64,000 nt of DNA from Hormiphora californensis (Eukaryota > Animalia > Ctenophora). Location: the NCBI GenBank assembly GCA_020137815.1, contig CM035350.1, forward strand, positions 1,488,001 to 1,552,000. Direction: 5' to 3'. The notes under the pieces are model-generated. The model was not told the DNA's origin, ran no database searches, and was given only the letters and a program-made list of their open reading frames with translations. Positions 56,611 through 64,000 of the stretch are shown here, piece after piece; within the stretch, counting starts at the first letter, position 1, and each line of letters starts with the position of its first letter. A program made the translations under genes and the position numbers.

Positions 56611-57622
56611 TCACCGACCACATCATCAGTCTCGGGGGTGTCCAGATCGGTAAAATATGTTTTAGTTGTAACCAGGTCACTCCTTACTGATACTGTCATC
56701 TCTCCTGACCAGGTCGCCTTGATCGTCACCTGGTTACTCAGGTTCCTCATCCGCTCCAGCACCTGTTATTACAAACAGTTCATCAGAGATAAATAGTTGA
56801 ATTGTGCGGAGTACGGACACAGTGTCAAGCGACTCAAATAAATAGGTACACCATCAGAGCTGACAATTCATTTAACATGAGTAGCTTGAAAACTTACACT
56901 TTTGAGTCTTCGTAAGGGTGGTAGGTAGATTGACATGTTGATATCAGGCATGCCTGGATCACCGTACTCAGACCAGTGGACAAGAGGAACCAGACTAACT
57001 GGGACGTCGTGTGTAACAACCCTTTGGCCCGTCCCACCTGTCAGAAATCACAGTGGTTAGATATTCGGGATAGAAACAATCCTTTGGTGTTTGTACCTGT
57101 TATAGGAACTGCAATTTCAATTGATAAACACGCAGCCTGCTTCTTCGCCAGTTTTATCTTTACAGAAGTAGAATTGGCTGCGTTAGATAGAGCTTTAGCA
57201 AGGTTGTCAGGTGATAGGTTCATCACAATCATTCCTGTGTTGTCCTTCCCCTCAATTCGATACTCGTCAAAGAAACTACTTTGCACCACCTGTTATGATA
57301 CAGAGTTTTTGACACTTGTGTGAGTAGCTACATATAACACAGATTGGGACACTAATTATGTGTGTATGTGGCTGTTTTGTGCGGGTAAGGTTACAAAATA
57401 TACCCTTCAAAGACTCGTGTACAGAAAATCCCTCTATCTCTCTGTACCTACCTCACACCACAGTGAAATGCCAGATGATACAACTTTATCATTCAGTATG
57501 AACTCCAGCTTCTCTCCCGTTAATTTGAGGGCACAATTCTTGCAGTATTTAGATACGGCTGCTACAACGTGGTGCAACCTACCCACACTGTTACAGTCAA
57601 ACATCTTCGCCTTGAACTTCAT
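56275..57622 (-). CDS. HUS1: Checkpoint clamp (9-1-1) subunit HUS1
   Basis: Starts MKFKAKM and contains FFDEYRIEG, KIKLAKKQAACL, VYLPPLRRLK-like, ERMRNLSN, VTVDIRKL and C-terminal LQYYLPAM. Confidence 0.92.
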
Positions 57623-57803
57623 ATTTCTGGAGAGGGAGAGCGGTACTAGATAGAGTACGAATTGTGACAGAATGTGATAAAGAGACTTCAAAACACTGTA
57701 AATGCTGCACAAACTTATTAAAACTTTTCATAATAAAAACACATCCAGTCTAAAAAACTAAAAACAATATAATTTAAATAGTCACTCCACTCGATCAGTA
57801 CAT

Positions 57804-58687
57804 CTAGTTTTTGGATATATCCTGTACCTTTGCAGGTTTGTGGACCACCTCGACACTCCCATCCTGCATACCAAAATAAGCCATACCAGCCATGTCAACA
57901 AACAACCCCGTTTCCACAATCCCTGGAGTCCTACACAGTTTGGTCTCCAATAGATCCCAGTTGTGGGGGCTACTAAACTTGGCATCGACCACAAAGTTCC
58001 CATTATCAGTTACCACTGGTCCTGCTTTGTTAGCAGCTAACCTCAGTACTGGATCCAGACCAAACTCCCTGAGTTTACCCATCACAGGCACGTAGGCCAT
58101 GGGCAGGACCTCGATGGGGATCCCCTTACTCCATTGTTCCCCCAGATGCTGGGATTTCTTGCGGTAGTCAGCGATAACTACCATACGACGAGCAGCGGAA
58201 GCAACCACTTTCTCCTGGAGTTGACACCCTCCTCCACCCTTGATGAGGGTCAGGGTAGAGTCACACTCGTCAGCCCCGTCCACCACTAGATCAAGGATTG
58301 GAGTTCTGCCAAGATCGGAGAGCTCCAAACCTGCCTCTATTATCAGATTCCGGGCCTGCGGGGGAGGAGGTTGGTGGTTCAAACAAACAAACAAACAGAC
58401 AAACAAACAAACAAACAAAGAAACCAAGAAAGAAAGAAAGAAACAAACAAACAAACAAACCAAGAAACCAACTATACCTGGAAGCTAGTGGGTACACATG
58501 TAACTTTAAACCCCGCCGTTTTAACGAGGGTCTCCAGATGTTTAACTGCGTACACCACGGTACTCCCACTTCCTACGCCCAGCCTGCATCCATCCGTTAC
58601 ATTCTCCTGAATGGCCCGTTTAGCCGCTGCATCCTTAGCGCTCTCAACTGACATCTTACTGGTACTTGCTAGGGCACGCCTCAGCAT
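57804..58687 (-). CDS. RPIA: Ribose-5-phosphate isomerase A
   Basis: Exons 58687-58478 and 58355-57804 encode [38 protein letters not shown] and PGIVETGLF. Confidence 0.96.
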
Positions 58688-59118
58688 GAAATGGAATACA
58701 CCTGGATAATTGGTATACAGGAACAGCTCTAATGAATCATGCACATTCGTTAATTAATACACACAGACACACGGACAGATTCAAATAACGAGGGTTGCTA
58801 GTTTTGTTAAAGAAGTAAATTCAGCGTATAAATGTAATTTACACAATGTTTTATAAAAAAGACCTAAACAGTTTCCAAACACTCAAATTATATAATATTT
58901 CATCAACGATCTATAACAACACCCGTTCAATACCCAACACAACAGCACACAAAAGCCCTCTTACGTGAGAAACACAATATGTACTAACGACTAGCATGTC
59001 ACGACCATCATCACCCAACCCCCTTGTTCGCAGCACTTTAATATTCACACATTTTCATTGTATTCAGTAAACACATCGAATATACGGCATACTGGCAGTT
59101 ATTTTATGTTACACGTTC

Positions 59119-63569
<4,451 letters not shown>

Positions 63570-63646
63570 GGTAACTATAACTGGGGTAACAATTTTAAAA
63601 CTCACACGGCGCTTACCAGCACAATAAACAAACAAACATATCACAC

Positions 63647-64000
63647 TCAGTAGAATGTCCAGAATGCCACTTTATTGTCTCTGCCAGCGGTGGTGATTCT
63701 ATTACCACCCCATAACACAATATCTGTCACAGTCTCAGGGCTGTGAGCCTCAACAACACCCAGGAACTTGTCCTTCTTGCAGGAGTACAACCTGACCCCT
63801 CCATCCCACCCACCCGCTACATACAGCCTCCCATCATCCCTCACCCTCAGCACCCCCACACTCTTGCACTCCAGGGAGGTAGACGATTGGGCAGCTGCCA
63901 AGTCACCACCCTCCAACATCTGGCTCCGTGCCAGGGTCCCATCAGGGGATGAGGTGTAGATAGTGCGGTGGTGGGTGGCAATGGCCGATATTATCTCCTC
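63647..64000 (-). CDS. GNB1L: WD40 protein GNB1L/Asa1-like, 3' end
   Basis: C-terminus RVRDDGRLYVAGGWDGGVRLY...AH...TAGRDNKVAFWTFY matches the GNB1L/Asa1 final repeats. Confidence 0.75.
   Translation of the reverse strand, partial: EEIISAIATHHRTIYTSSPDGTLARSQMLEGGDLAAAQSSTSLECKSVGVLRVRDDGRLYVAGGWDGGVRLYSCKKDKFLGVVEAHSPETVTDIVLWGGNRITTAGRDNKVAFWTFY

Overview
Compact eukaryotic (animal) genomic DNA: short GT-AG introns, CTAAC branch points, and many (GA)n/(CT)n and poly-G/C tracts. Gene density, nested intronic genes and a cysteine-rich module fused to a Sushi domain suggest a ctenophore, but this is inference and cannot be confirmed here. The window holds two co-directional gene runs that converge at about 12.4-13.0 kb. 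Plus strand: PPP6R/SAPS (3' part), MVK, PIGO, SUCLG1. Minus strand, 12 genes in a row: GNB1L (3' end), BIN3, RPIA, HUS1, TDRD12-like, MRPL3, an orphan tandem winged-helix/prion-like gene, UNC93A and four paralogous hnRNP D/AB-like 2xRRM genes. Several intergenic gaps are only 77-430 nt, and nearly every start codon has a splice acceptor just upstream with no obvious partner donor, which fits operons resolved by SL trans-splicing. Two plus-strand sequences are nested in introns: a GNMT-like pseudogene in TDRD12 and a Sushi-containing gene in BIN3. Other notable features are tandem repeats that amplify splice junctions, G-ended DNA transposons with 8-bp TSDs (one with nested inserts), long fold-back MITEs, a hammerhead-like core and a GC-rich structured segment at the convergence point. 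Gene identities come from recalled motif similarity, not database searches, and exon boundaries are manual predictions.
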